From assembly GCF_009914755.1 (NCBI RefSeq), contig NC_060929.1: a DNA stretch of 64,000 bases; one strand, given 5' to 3'. The notes under the pieces were generated by a model, which saw nothing but the letters and a program-made list of their open reading frames with translations, was not told where the DNA came from and made no database searches. This stretch comes from the human T2T-CHM13v2.0 reference genome, Homo sapiens. A program made the position numbers and the translations under genes. Below, piece after piece: positions 41,929 to 53,423 of the stretch (position 1 is the first letter of the stretch; every line of letters starts with the position of its first letter).

Positions 41929-44294
41929 TGACAGAATGGACTTTGGAGACTTGAGGGAAAGGGTGGGAGAGGGTGAAGGATAAAAGACTACACACTGGGA
42001 AGAGTGTTGAGTGATGGATGGACCGAAATCTCAGAAATCGCCACTAAATAACTTATTTATGTAACCAAACATCACCTGTTCCCCAAAAACCTATTGAAAT
42101 AAAAAATAAATGAAAATCTTGGCGATATCTAAAAAAGAGTAAAATAATAACAGATGATGGCAAGGTTGCAGAGAAAGGGGAACATTTATACACTGTTAGT
42201 GGGAATGTAAATTTGTTCAGCCACTGTGGAAAGCAATTTGGAGATTTTACTACTTATATACCCCAAAGAAAAGCATTTATTCTGCCGAAGAGATACATGC
42301 ACTTGTATGTTCATTACAGAACTATTCACAATATCAAAGACATAGAATCAACCTAGGTATCCATCAATGGTGGACTGGATGAAGAAAGTCTGGAACATAT
42401 GCACTATGAAATACTACACAGCCATGAAAAAAGAATGAAAGCATGCTCTTTCCAGCAACATGGATGCAGCTAGAGGTCATTATCCTAAATGAATTAAGGC
42501 AGGAACAGAAAACCAAATACTGCCTGTTCTCACTTATAAGTGGGAGCTAAACATTGTGTATACATATACATAAAGATGAGAACAATAGACAATGGGGGCT
42601 ACTAAAGGATAGAAAGAGGGAGGGGGACAAGAGCTGAAAAACAACTTATTGGGTGCTATGTTCACTACATGTGTGGTGGGATCATTCATACTCCAAACCT
42701 CAGCATCATACAATATACCCATGTAACAAACGTGCACATGTAGCCCATGAATCTGAAATAAAAGTTGAAATTATAAAACTGAATAAAATAGAAGTCATCT
42801 AAACATACCAATAAAGAATGAGGTTTTTGGGACAAATGAAAAAATAAAACCAAATGACCAGATGGATTTTTTTTTTTTTTTTACCGTGGATGATAGCCTG
42901 GATTAGCACTTAAAAATCAATAAATTAATTCATCATATCAACAAACAAAAGAAAAAGCTTATAGTCATAGAAACAGATACAGAACAAGCATTTGATAAGT
43001 TTTAACACTAAATTCTGATAAAAACTCTTAACAAACTAGGAATAGAGAGGCACTTCTTCAGTGTGATAAAGCGCATCTACCATACCTCATGGTGAAAGAT
43101 TGAATAGTCTGTCCCTTACAATCAGGAACAAAGTGAGTGTGTCTTCTCTTACCTCTTCTATTTAACATTGTACTGGAAGTTGTAGTCAACACAAAAGGCA
43201 AGAAAAAGAACTAAAAAGCATTTTGAATATAAAGAAGAAAACAAAATTATCTGTATTCACAGATGGCATAAATGCATACTGAGATAATTCCAAGGAATCT
43301 ACAAAACATCTCCTAGAACTCATTGTGAGTTTACAAGTTCACAAGATACAAGGTCAATATACAAAAATAAATTGTATATATATCATCAATGAACAACTGA
43401 AAAATTTAAAAAAGCTACCATTAACGAAAGTACCAGAATACATAATATACTTAGTTATATATCTAAAAAAAATAAGCTAGGCATAATACAGTGTGAAGAA
43501 TATTATATATTGCCTGCTAATGTCATCCCTTTTTGTGGTCCCCTGCATTAACATATATGAAAGAATGGTTCCCTTAATTAAAGAAATCTCAGTTTCTAAG
43601 TTGTGGTATTCATTTCTCTCTATTTTTGGAAACACAAAGCCTAGAGATAAGGAACTTTAAATAAGCCAAATAGTTCTGGTAGAAAAAAAGAGTCCTGCCT
43701 AGAACAAGAAGACAGTTACATGATAATCAGGTAAAAAATGGTCCACTCCTGATAACACAGACTCTATTCTCTTTCTCCAGGGAGATGAAGTTTCTGGATA
43801 TTCACACTAATAAAGTAAATGACACATGAGGCAGGGACTACTGAGATACCTGCCAGAGAGGAAGGTTCCTGCAGGAAGTGAGGTGGGAGCCAATGAGGGA
43901 GCTGCCTTTCTGCCTGGTGTATCAGCCAGACTCCAGTTCCTATTGGTGAGACTCCACCAAGCAGCAGTTGTTCCTGAGCCTCTTGGTGGGATTAAAGTGA
44001 GAGTAGCCTCTATGCATGTTTCTAGAGAGTATTGTACTGGAAACCAGGCCCTAAATTTGAGGGAACTGAATTTGAGCAAGTGATTTGGAGCCTGAAGGCC
44101 GACAGACCACTTGACATATACAATGAAGAAGGTTGATGTGGTATTGAGGAGAGGGGATGGTTTTAATTTAAAGAGATTATTGTTTACTGAGTTTCTACAT
44201 ATTCCACTGTTTTATGTGATAAACGGACATATTACAGAATGAAAGTTCTTAATTTACAGCACTATTTTTTTCTGCTGAAATATTTGGTGCGATT

Positions 44295-45112
44295 TTATTT
44301 TATTTTATTTTTTAACCATCTTACGGTATGATTGGCATACAAAAAAAAATCCCTGTAAATATTTAACGAATACAATATGGTGAGTTGGAGACAAATATAC
44401 CCCCATGAAAACATCACAGTCTATGCCCTAAACACATTCATCACCTCCAAAGTTTTCTCCCCACCTTTATTTATTATTATTATTATTTTTGTGACAAGAA
44501 CACTCAACATAAGATCCACCCTCTTAGCAAAATTTAAGTGACAATACAGTATTGTTAACTATAGGCACTATGCTGTATAGTGGATCTCTAGGACTTATTC
44601 TTGCATAAATGAAACTGCACTTTTGACTAATACCTCCAGTTTCCCGCCCCCATCCACCGAACACCTGGCAACCATCATTACACTCCCTGTTCCTATGAGT
44701 TTGACTATTTTAGATTCCTTATATAAGTGGTGTCATGTAGTGTTTGTCCTTCTGTGTTTGACTTATATCACTTAGGATAACAACCTCCAGGTTCATCCAT
44801 ATTGTTACAAATGGTAGGATTTTCTTCTTGGTAAAGGCTAAAGAATATCTCATTTTATGTAAATACCACATAGTTTTTATTCATTGTTCATTCATCAATG
44901 GACATTTATGTTGCTTTAATGCCTTGGCTATTATGAATAATACTGTAGTAAATATGAAAGTGAAGATATCTCTTTGAGATTCTGATTTCAATTCTTTTGG
45001 ATGTATACCCTAAAGTGAAACTGCTGGGTCATATAGTAGTTCTATTTTCAATTTTTTCAGGAGCTTCCATAGTTTTCCACAACGGTTGCACCAATTTACA
45101 TTTCTACCAACA
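44295..45112 (-). mobile_element. L1MA10/L1MB1-like 3' fragment
   Basis: 'catcacctccaaagttttctcc...ttattattatt...aagatccaccctcttagcaaa' and 'cctggcaaccatcatt'. Confidence 0.8.
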
Positions 45113-47019
45113 GATTTATAGCCCTCTTCTAGCAGGAAAAGCTAACTCAGCCATGGAGGGTAAAGTATTCACTGCAGATATTCAGACTTTACAAATATGT
45201 GCAATTCCTTTAAAAATGACAGTTAGGAGAACGTAACAGAACCAAATTCATAAACTGGAGGCGATAGCACTAGTAGACTGCAGCTTGGCATGGCTGAAAT
45301 TTCTTGAGGCAGTTGTGTGCCTGTGTCTGCCTCTGAAGCACCGCTTCATTCTGGGATCTTTTGACTTCTGTTCAGTCTCTCTAAGGGATCTTGAACCAGG
45401 TAAGAGAAGAGGTGGTTATGGAAGAGGAAGGAGGAGCAGTTTTGCACTGCCACAGATCAAATGAAACTTGAACCAATGCTACATAGTATCCAAAGTTGAC
45501 TTCATGTACTTTCAAAAATTCTGTATGTTTATGGACACATTTCCACATACTCTCTCATGTGGTGTTTTTGGTGGTGGGTTCCCCTGTCATCTACATTTTC
45601 CCACTCATATTTTTGGGGATGGAACATGCCCGTTATTTATTTCTAAGTATGTGTCCACAATGTCACATCAGGCTGCCAACCTAGATTTCTGGACAGTCAC
45701 AGTTGAATTGTATAGCAGGTGGTAATACAGTCTACCTCTGTTTGCTTTTCCATCTGAAAATTGATCACTGAAATTCCAAAACTCATTCTGAGCCACCCAC
45801 ATATAGACACCCTGCTAATGGACTATTTCACTGCTGCAGGTTATTGAAATGGAAAAGAGGGGGCTAAAATGAGATGCCTCATTTACAGAATATTTCTGTG
45901 ATGGGATTTGTTAGTTAAGCCACTACAGAGGAATATAAATTTTCTCTAATGGGTTCCATTATGATTCCCTAGGTAAACAAAACACTTTTCAAACAACTTA
46001 TGTAATTACACATAGGCTGGAGAGGATATTATTTCTGAGATCCACTATTTAGTAGGCAAAATACAACTCCAATTTATTCTAGATATAAATTTTACAAAGG
46101 CCCTGGCAGGGAAATTGATGAAAGGTCACCTATTTAATAAAGAGAAAAATAGCAGACAGAAAAGACTCTGAGATGGCTAAGTGTCCAGTCTATCTCCGCG
46201 TGTCATGTTGGGGATGGGAAGATGGGAACTTTGGACAAAGGAGGCGACCACATAGACAGACCAGTTCAGACTCTGCCCATGGGATATGGTTTGTGGTTGT
46301 TTCTGACCTTCAAAGCCTTGTTTCTTCCTCTGCTTCTCAGCCTAAAGCTTTTCGAATGCACTAAGATTTTGTTGATGTTGTTGGTTTAAGTAAGCAGTCC
46401 TGAGTGGATAACCAGTAGCAATGGACAGTCAGGAGTTTGTAAGTCAGGGCCTGCCTTACACTTTTTGAATCTAGACAAAAATAAAACCATTACTAATAGG
46501 ACTACTTAATGGCTTCCTTGGTGGTACATGCCAAATATTTTATCGTCTTAGCTTTACATTCAACCCTGTCACTCCTAAAACAAAACTCATTATGTTGCAG
46601 TCTAAACATTTCTTTAGCATCCACCACAGGTAGGGCATTTTGGTAGGTTTTAACAACTGTGAAGTCGCTGCTTACATTCCAAATTCAGTGAGGCAGCAAC
46701 TGCTAGAAAAAGTGCCTCTCTGTGGATTGCTTTAGGTGGCATAAACCCTTTACATGACTAAAGGTTTTTTTCTAAACATGAAGCCTGATGGATTCAATAC
46801 TGGGACCATGGTTTGCCAGCTAAGGTGAGAGCTAGGGATGGATGGTTGCTATTGCCTTGCTTGTCGGACAGCACTTGGCTGTCCTCCAACCAGCTGGAGT
46901 CATGGCAGACTGTTCATTACATACACTTAATGGACCGGGAAATTAATAAAATGGAAAAATATCTATTGTTGCTCAGTCTCTGAGAGTACTTCACTTAAGC
47001 ACAAAGAGGGAATATTTTA

Positions 47020-47990
47020 TTGTTTTATAACATTTTTAATTACTCAAGCAACATATGTTTACTGTATAAAAATTAGAAAAGTACAGATAAGCAAAAAGAA
47101 GAAATTAAAAGTCATCTTTGATACCTAAAAATAGCCATTAGGAACAGTTTAGTATATTTCCTTTCAGACTTGTTTCTATGCATATATGTTAATTGTTTAG
47201 ATTGGATTACACTGGTAATATTTTATAATATAATTTTTTGACTTAATTATATATCAATAAAGTCATCATCTGTCAATAAATACAACTTTGTAACATTTAA
47301 AAATCACTATGTGTTTAGTTACAGTAATTTATTTACCCCTGTTCATTTACTCAGATACTCTACTGGTAGACATTTGTAGTATTTCCAGTTTTAAATATTA
47401 TAAGTTAAATATTACAAGTTTCAGTAAACATTATTGAAACTAATTTGCATGCACTTTAGTGATTATTTCTTTTTTTGAGGATTTAAAAAATTTGTATAAA
47501 TTTAGGGAATAAAAGTGTGGTTTTGTTACACTGACATATTTCACAATGGTGAAGTCTGGGCTTTTAGTGTAACCATCACTCAAATAGTGTACATTGTACC
47601 CGTTAAATAATTTTTCATTTCTCACTCTCCTTCCACCCTCCCACTCTTATTGCTTAAATAAAATATTTCTTAAAATTCAATTGCTTTGTCAAAAGGTATG
47701 CATATTTTATGTATTTTGGTATATACTATCAAATTGTCTACTAGGAAATTTATATCAATTTATGCTCATAGTAACTTAGCATTGGGTAAGAGTCTGACTT
47801 TAAAAATCCTTGCCAATCTGACAGACTAAAACTAGTATTTCATAATTTAAATTTTTTTTTGTTACTGGTGACTTTTAGCAATACTTTTGTGTTTACTGGC
47901 CATTTTTGCTTGTTCTGTAAATTGACTGTTCATGCCCTTTGTCAGTTTTTAAAAATTGGTGTATTTATCTTTTTCTTATTGAAATGGTCA
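47020..47990 (-). mobile_element. Ancient L1ME 3' remnant with a nested L1PB4 3' end (about 47475-47645)
   Basis: L1PB4-type 'tggtgaagtctgggcttttagtgtaaccatcac...gtacattgtaccc'; the flanks are diverged L1ME-like sequence. Confidence 0.65.
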
Positions 47991-48329
47991 TCATTTAGGG
48001 GGCTATCAATAACAGGGTGGTATTCTATGTAATTTTTTTTAGTAGTTGAGATAAATTATAAAGAGGAAACCATGTGAGCAGCCATCCCAGACTCATAGTT
48101 AATAAGCGCCAAAGATGCTTATATTAATACTTACATTTTAATAACTGCCATTTATTATGCAAAGTTTGCAAATAGTTCTGCACAGCTTACCATCCCAGAA
48201 AATATCTGGGCCTTCTCATCTGTTTTTTTCAGCACACATACTGTACTAATGTGAAGGAGAACTGTAGATCTTTTTTCTTCCTCTCCCATACAGGACTCTA
48301 CTTTCAAGCTGAACAGGGGGATGAGTGTT

Positions 48330-48749
48330 GGACGCTGTCAGTGCTTCTCCCACCAAGATGCTTTTATCTTTTTGTTGTTGTTGCTGTTGGACAATAGCTC
48401 CCAATTCATTTTCACTCCCAACTCCAGCACCTGCTTCTTTGTGGAAGGGCTGCCCTTGTGCTGCCATAACCCACTTCCCCTGATGGGACCTTACGCCCAC
48501 CTAGGGGAATCCCTTAATAAACAGTGACTGACTGCACAGCCCTCTTGTCCTGAGATGGACAACTCTGAGTTGTGACCTGTCTTGTCTTTGGAGCTCCTGT
48601 GGGACCAAGCAACAGTCATCCTCCATGGAACTTTGCTTGACATCACATCCTAGCTTGACATCTTTTCTTCACCACTCCCGCCCTCCCTCTCTCACTTTCA
48701 TAAAAATCCTCATTGTTGGGTTTGCTTCTGGGGAATGTGCCCTAAGGCA
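48330..48749 (+). mobile_element. LTR16-type ERVL LTR
   Basis: 'gacaactctgag...ggagctcctgtggga...tttgcttctggggaatgtgccctaaggca'. Confidence 0.6.
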
Positions 48750-48824
48750 CATATATCAATATTTAGAACTGACAGTTTTATGTCAGGAAAGTTCCCTGCA
48801 TGTTGTAAATGCTAATGGCTAATA

Positions 48825-49060
48825 ATATCTACAGTAATTAACAATTTTGAGTTTATACTATGAACCTGACACTATGCTAAGCACTTTCTCATGTGACATT
48901 TCATCTCATCTACAAATTATAGAGAATATGATTTTTCTCTGATGAGGAAACTAAGCTTAATTTGTTTATGTTCACGTAGATTCTCAATGGCTGAAATGGA
49001 ATTCAAACTCAAGGCTAGGAGACCCTAGAGCCCAAGCTCTATAACCACAATGCTATCTTG
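48825..49060 (-). mobile_element. MIR
   Basis: 'gacactatgctaagcacttt...gatgaggaaactaagctt...ggaattcaaactcaagg'. Confidence 0.65.
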
Positions 49061-49616
49061 CCCCAGAAGAGGCTGAATGATTCCTGTGGCAGATTCAGAA
49101 ACCGTTCTGGACACACAGCCTTCTTGGGACACCTGGGCATTCCTGGGCACATTCTAAGGTGCATGTGCACTGGCCAGCCAAGGCTGTGTTTGATCATTTT
49201 CACATCTCCACAAGTTCCCTTTAAAGGACTACCCTTGTTTTCAGCTCATCACATTTTGTAGAATAAAGAAAATATGATGAAACTTTCTGTTGGACAGAAA
49301 GTCAGGGAGGAAACATATTTGGATAGTATAGAATCTGGATCATCAGTGCTTTTCTTGTGTGTGTGTGTGTTGTTTTGTTTTGTTTTGTTTTGTTTTAATT
49401 TAGCAGCTGAAATCTTCCCATAAAGCAGTATGATTGTAAATTATGCCTAATTTTAGCTACATGATACTTTCATTTTGACTTTAGCCTACAGACTCAGACC
49501 ACAAACAAAAACAAAAACAAAAACAAAACCAGATGCTGAGATTTAAGAGATGTCTGCACATTCCAACTAATTTCTTGTTAGCTAACTCAGGCTATTTATA
49601 TGGCAACACTTACTTG

Positions 49617-49810
49617 TAGAGCGCCAGACTTAGGAAATAACGGCAGGATGCCCAGTTGAATTTTAATTTCCAATAAGCGATGAATTTTTTTTATGTCTCA
49701 TGTTATTTTCCTCCATGCAACATTTGGAACATAATTATCTCAAAAAATTATTTGTTGTTTATCTGAAATTCAGATGTAACTGGGTGTCCTATACTTTACC
49801 TGGCAACCCA
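49617..49810. mobile_element. MER53 palindromic hAT MITE
   Basis: 'gccagacttaggaaataa...caggatgcccagttgaatttt...ttgtttatctgaaattcagatgtaactgggtgtcct...cctggcaaccc'. Confidence 0.85.
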
Positions 49811-49999
49811 ACTTACTTGGACCCCATCTCAAGCCTAATAGCAAGACTCTGTGATACAGTCCGCTGTTAGATCTTCACAGCTATGCTCATGTGCTCAAAG
49901 TGTCTCTGCTCAAGGCAGGTGGCTTGGTCACTGCAATAGAGCCTTTTACTGGATCCTCCAACTTCCAAGTTTGTGATACACAAACTGGTCTCACTCAGC

Positions 50000-50595
50000 T
50001 ACCTCAATGATCATTCTAAAACATACATCAAATTATGCCACTCTTCTCTTTAAAACTCATTAGTGGATTTCTATCAAAATTTAAAGGAGGCATCCATGTA
50101 AACCCTCACCTGACCTGGCTCTGCCTTGCCTTACTGATTTCTCTGTCCCTTTCTCCATGACTCTCACTCCGGTTACAGTAACTTCTCATTGTTCTCAGAG
50201 CACGACAAGCTTGCCACTACCCATTTGCATCTGCTGTTCCTCCACCTGGAGTGCTTTTCCTCCAAAGTTTGTATGGCGTGCTCCCTCAATTTCTGTGGTC
50301 ACTGCTCACATATCCCATCAGAGACTTCTTCCTTGACAACTCAGTCTAAGATAGCTGCCATCACTCCTCATTGGTTACTTTCTATCACACTCTTTTATTT
50401 TCTTTATAACATCTTTTACTATTCAAATTGTCTTGTTTGTTTATGTGCTTTAGTAAATGTATCACCTCCTTCCTGAATAAAGCAGACTTCATGAGGTTTC
50501 TGGCTGTATCTGCCTTACCCACCAACATATCTGCAGCATGTAGAGCAGGGCCTGGTAGAAGGTAGGATCTCTGTAGATATTTAAATGAATTAATC
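50000..50595 (+). mobile_element. L2 fragment
   Basis: 'tttgcatctgctgttcctccacctggagtgctttt' and 'agcagggcctggtagaaggtagg'. Confidence 0.65.
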
Positions 50596-50631
50596 CTGGT
50601 AAGTAAAGATAATCATTCTTGAAAGCAAGTT

Positions 50632-51081
50632 TCTTAAGTTGGGCCCTTCAAATGCAGACACCAAGATGAGGATTTTCATGCATATAATTTTTTAAAGGAA
50701 GTTCTTCCAAGATGAACAAGTAAGGGAGGGAGAGACAGAAAGAAACTAAGCAAGGGGGAAATGCCAGGTTGAAACTCAGCCAAGCCTGATCTCCTTAGGA
50801 GATCGGGAGCAGTCTCTCCCTCCTGCACATACCTGGGCTCTCATCCTCCTGCAACAAGTCAGCCATGTGCTAGGGTTTACTCCAGGAGCATATTAACTCC
50901 CAGGATTTTAGGCTCTCAGTAGCTGGGTGAAGCAGTTCCAGTAACCAGCAGGTAGTTCTCTGATGAGGTTTCCAGAAGGCATGAGCTGCTAGGCGCAAAC
51001 ACTGCAGAAGCTGAGGAACGATTCCACCCAACCAGTAAGGGCATCTGAGGAGATCTGGGTGGCTCCAAAAGCATCCACTAC
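50632..51081 (-). mobile_element. LTR33-type ERVL LTR
   Basis: 'tcttaagttggg...gcagacaccaagatgaggattt' through 'gatctgggtggctccaaaagcatccactaca'. Confidence 0.6.
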
Positions 51082-52489
51082 AGCAGAACTAGGATGATAT
51101 TCCAGAGACCTGGCCATAGCATATTGGCAGGGGAGTTTGGCTGCCTTCAGTGCAAAAATGTTCCTGACTGGCAGCAAGCTGTGGGATAGTTAGGACTCAT
51201 GGGCAAGTCACAAAGTGAGAATGAGAGATTCCAGTCATACCAAGGGTTAAGGAAAAACCAAAAAACACCTAGTTTGGTTGTGTGACAGAATAAGTTGCTG
51301 TCTGTATGTACTTCTTGGGAGGAATAAGAGAAGAAGTGACTTCTATCCTCTCAGAGCCTTGATCTTCAATCAGGCAGTTGACAGCATAGGGGGAAGACAA
51401 ATAGTTTCAGCAAAGCTTCTGGGAGCAAGTCTTTAAGTAAGAAAGAGTAGAAAGCAGTGCCCTCAAAGGTCTGGAAGTGCTGGTTGAGGAAATTCAGAGT
51501 ATCTATTATTTTATAATGGAAGAGCTACAGGTCAAAGTCCAATAGCAATATCTACATGCTCCAAGGCAATTGTACAACAGCTCTAATGTGGGTTTAATCT
51601 TAAAAACTTCAGTGGAGTGTGTATATCACCTATCAGAAGGTAATAGCCAGACATAAAGAAGCCACACTGAAGAAGCTTGCAAGTATTCATTTAAAACACA
51701 GTGCTATGTTTTGTGATCACTGCTTTATAATTGCTGTAATCCATCAGTTTAATTTTGTCATAAAAAATTCTAAGAAATCATGACTAAGTCACAATTGATA
51801 AGATGTGAATAGTGTCCTGGACTATGCACTGAGTCCCACTAATTTATTGGTCCATTTATTTGAAATAGATTAAAATTAAAGATCCTTCTGAATGCTAGTT
51901 AAGTGGCTTTGGGCAGAATTCTGTTTAGTGCTCAAATGAGAAAATGATTTCTAGATGAAATTGAGTCTGAGGGGTTTTATCTGGAAATTTTTCTCTTCTC
52001 CATCTCCTATAATAGACATGAGGACCCAGGACATGCTCAGTAGTGCTTGCATTATGTAGACTGTGCATTACACATCCCCAGCTGTACCCAAGTAACTCTT
52101 ACCCAGGCTACTCTAATTCTCAATGACAAGAATTTTTAATGCAGAAAGTCCTCTGGAAGAACATTTTCAGAATTAAATAGACTAATTTATTTGATTAAAA
52201 AAATCCACTCAATCAAAGAGGAACCAAAGTGTAGGCCACTCTCTTTGGAAATCAATTTCCTAAATTGTTTCCTAGTCAAAAACTTTGGTTCTTTATTTTT
52301 ATCAGTTGTTACTATTTCATAAGGCCAGATGTTAAAAAAATTACTCTTGGTTTATGACAAAGTATTTCATATTATTTCATACTATTATAAAATATATATT
52401 TCTCCTGTAGTTGGATCCATGCATCTGGCTCTTTTAGAAGGGTGTCAAATCATAAAGATATATGTTTAAAAATGGGAGTTATGTTTTAA

Positions 52490-53135
52490 AATCAATAAAA
52501 TTCACTGGTAAATACGTGAAGAGACCTTTAATCTTACCAGTAATTACAAAATAAATTAAAACAATAATGAGATGGCTTAAAGAGTCTTACAAAGCTAAGG
52601 CGGTCAAGGATGCAATGAGATAGGGCTTATCAATCTCTCACCCTCCTCTGGACGCATACCAGAATGCAAATTCCATAAGGTCAGGGGCCTCATCTGTTCA
52701 AGTGGCACTGTGAATTTGTACAAGCAATTTGGTAATAGGTAGTAAAATTAAAGACCAGCAAAAGCTACAAGCTAGCCACTCCACTTTTGGGTATATATCA
52801 TAAAGAAATTCTTCCACATATGCACCAAGAGAACAGGATGAGGAACTATTCATTGGAAAATTGTTTGGTTCAGGAAAAAGCTGATAAAGACCCAAATGTT
52901 CTTCAGCAGAGGGCAGGAGAAGTTAGCTGTGGCATATTCATGATGCAGTAAAAGAGAAAAAATAGATGTATTTGATTACTATAAGTAGTAGATCTCAAAA
53001 ACAATATTGGCTTTGAAAAACAAATGCTAAATACCATGTATATTGTATGGTTTATGTAAAATATATATTGTTAATTAACACATATATCCATAGTTAAAAT
53101 ATAAAATGACCCAGATGCATATGACATTTGTGATA
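52490..53135 (+). mobile_element. Ancient L1ME 3' fragment
   Basis: 'ccactccacttttgggtatatatc...agaaattcttccacatatgcacca' and 'gatctcaaaaacaatattg'. Confidence 0.55.
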
Positions 53136-53154
53136 GGGCTTAACTTCAGGTTGA

Positions 53155-53423
53155 AAGAGTGTACTTTCATAAATGTAGATGGTATAGCTTACTACACACC
53201 TAGGCTGTACAGTACAGCTGGTTATTTCTATGCTACAAACCTGTACAACATCTTACTGTTCTGAATACTGTAGCCAGTTGTGATACAATGGTATGTACTT
53301 GTGTATCTAAACATATTTAAATATAGAAAAAGTACACTAAAAATATGGCATTATAGTCTTATGGAACCACCATTATGTATGCCATCTGTTGTTAACTAAA
53401 ATACTATGTGACACATGATTGTA
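53155..53423. mobile_element. Tigger3a (MER7A) DNA transposon
   Basis: 'gagtgtactt...tagatggtatagcttactacacacctaggct...ctacaaacctgtacaacat...ttatggaaccacc...catgattgta'. Confidence 0.85.

Larger units (their letters stand above)
39308..42137 (+). mobile_element. L1PB (PB1/2-like) with a 5' inversion: 39308-41025 antisense, 41027-42110 sense
   Basis: Antisense ORF2 fragments (39642-40025, 40449-40685) joined to a sense 3' end; TSD agtaaaa[a/t]aataacag (39292-39307 / 42138-42153). Confidence 0.88.
38311..42785 (+). mobile_element. 5'-truncated L1PA16/17-like element, itself interrupted at 39308-42137
   Basis: ORF2 3' half and 3' UTR 'ccaaacctcagcatcatacaatatacccatgtaacaaac...aataaaagttgaaatt'; approximate TSD aaatgtaagtcatc (38297-38310) / aaatagaagtcatc (42786-42799). 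Confidence 0.8.
37690..43470 (+). mobile_element. Old L1M (ORF1 end, inter-ORF and ORF2 remnants) interrupted by younger L1s at 38311-42785
   Basis: 'aaaggaacttcttcaggctgaag'; ORF2-start-like 'ataattatatgaaatgtaagtcatc|taaacatacc' is split by the insertion; 'agcatttgataag' and 'attatctgtattcacagatggcat'. Confidence 0.65.

Noticed and set aside
47125-47134. Perfect MEF2 consensus CTAAAAATAG
   Set aside because: A single hit inside AT-rich L1ME debris; plausible by chance in 64 kb
49357-49530. (GTTTT)n and (CAAAAA)n tracts in inverted arrangement
   Set aside because: Different periods and low complexity; most likely two independent poly(A)-derived microsatellites
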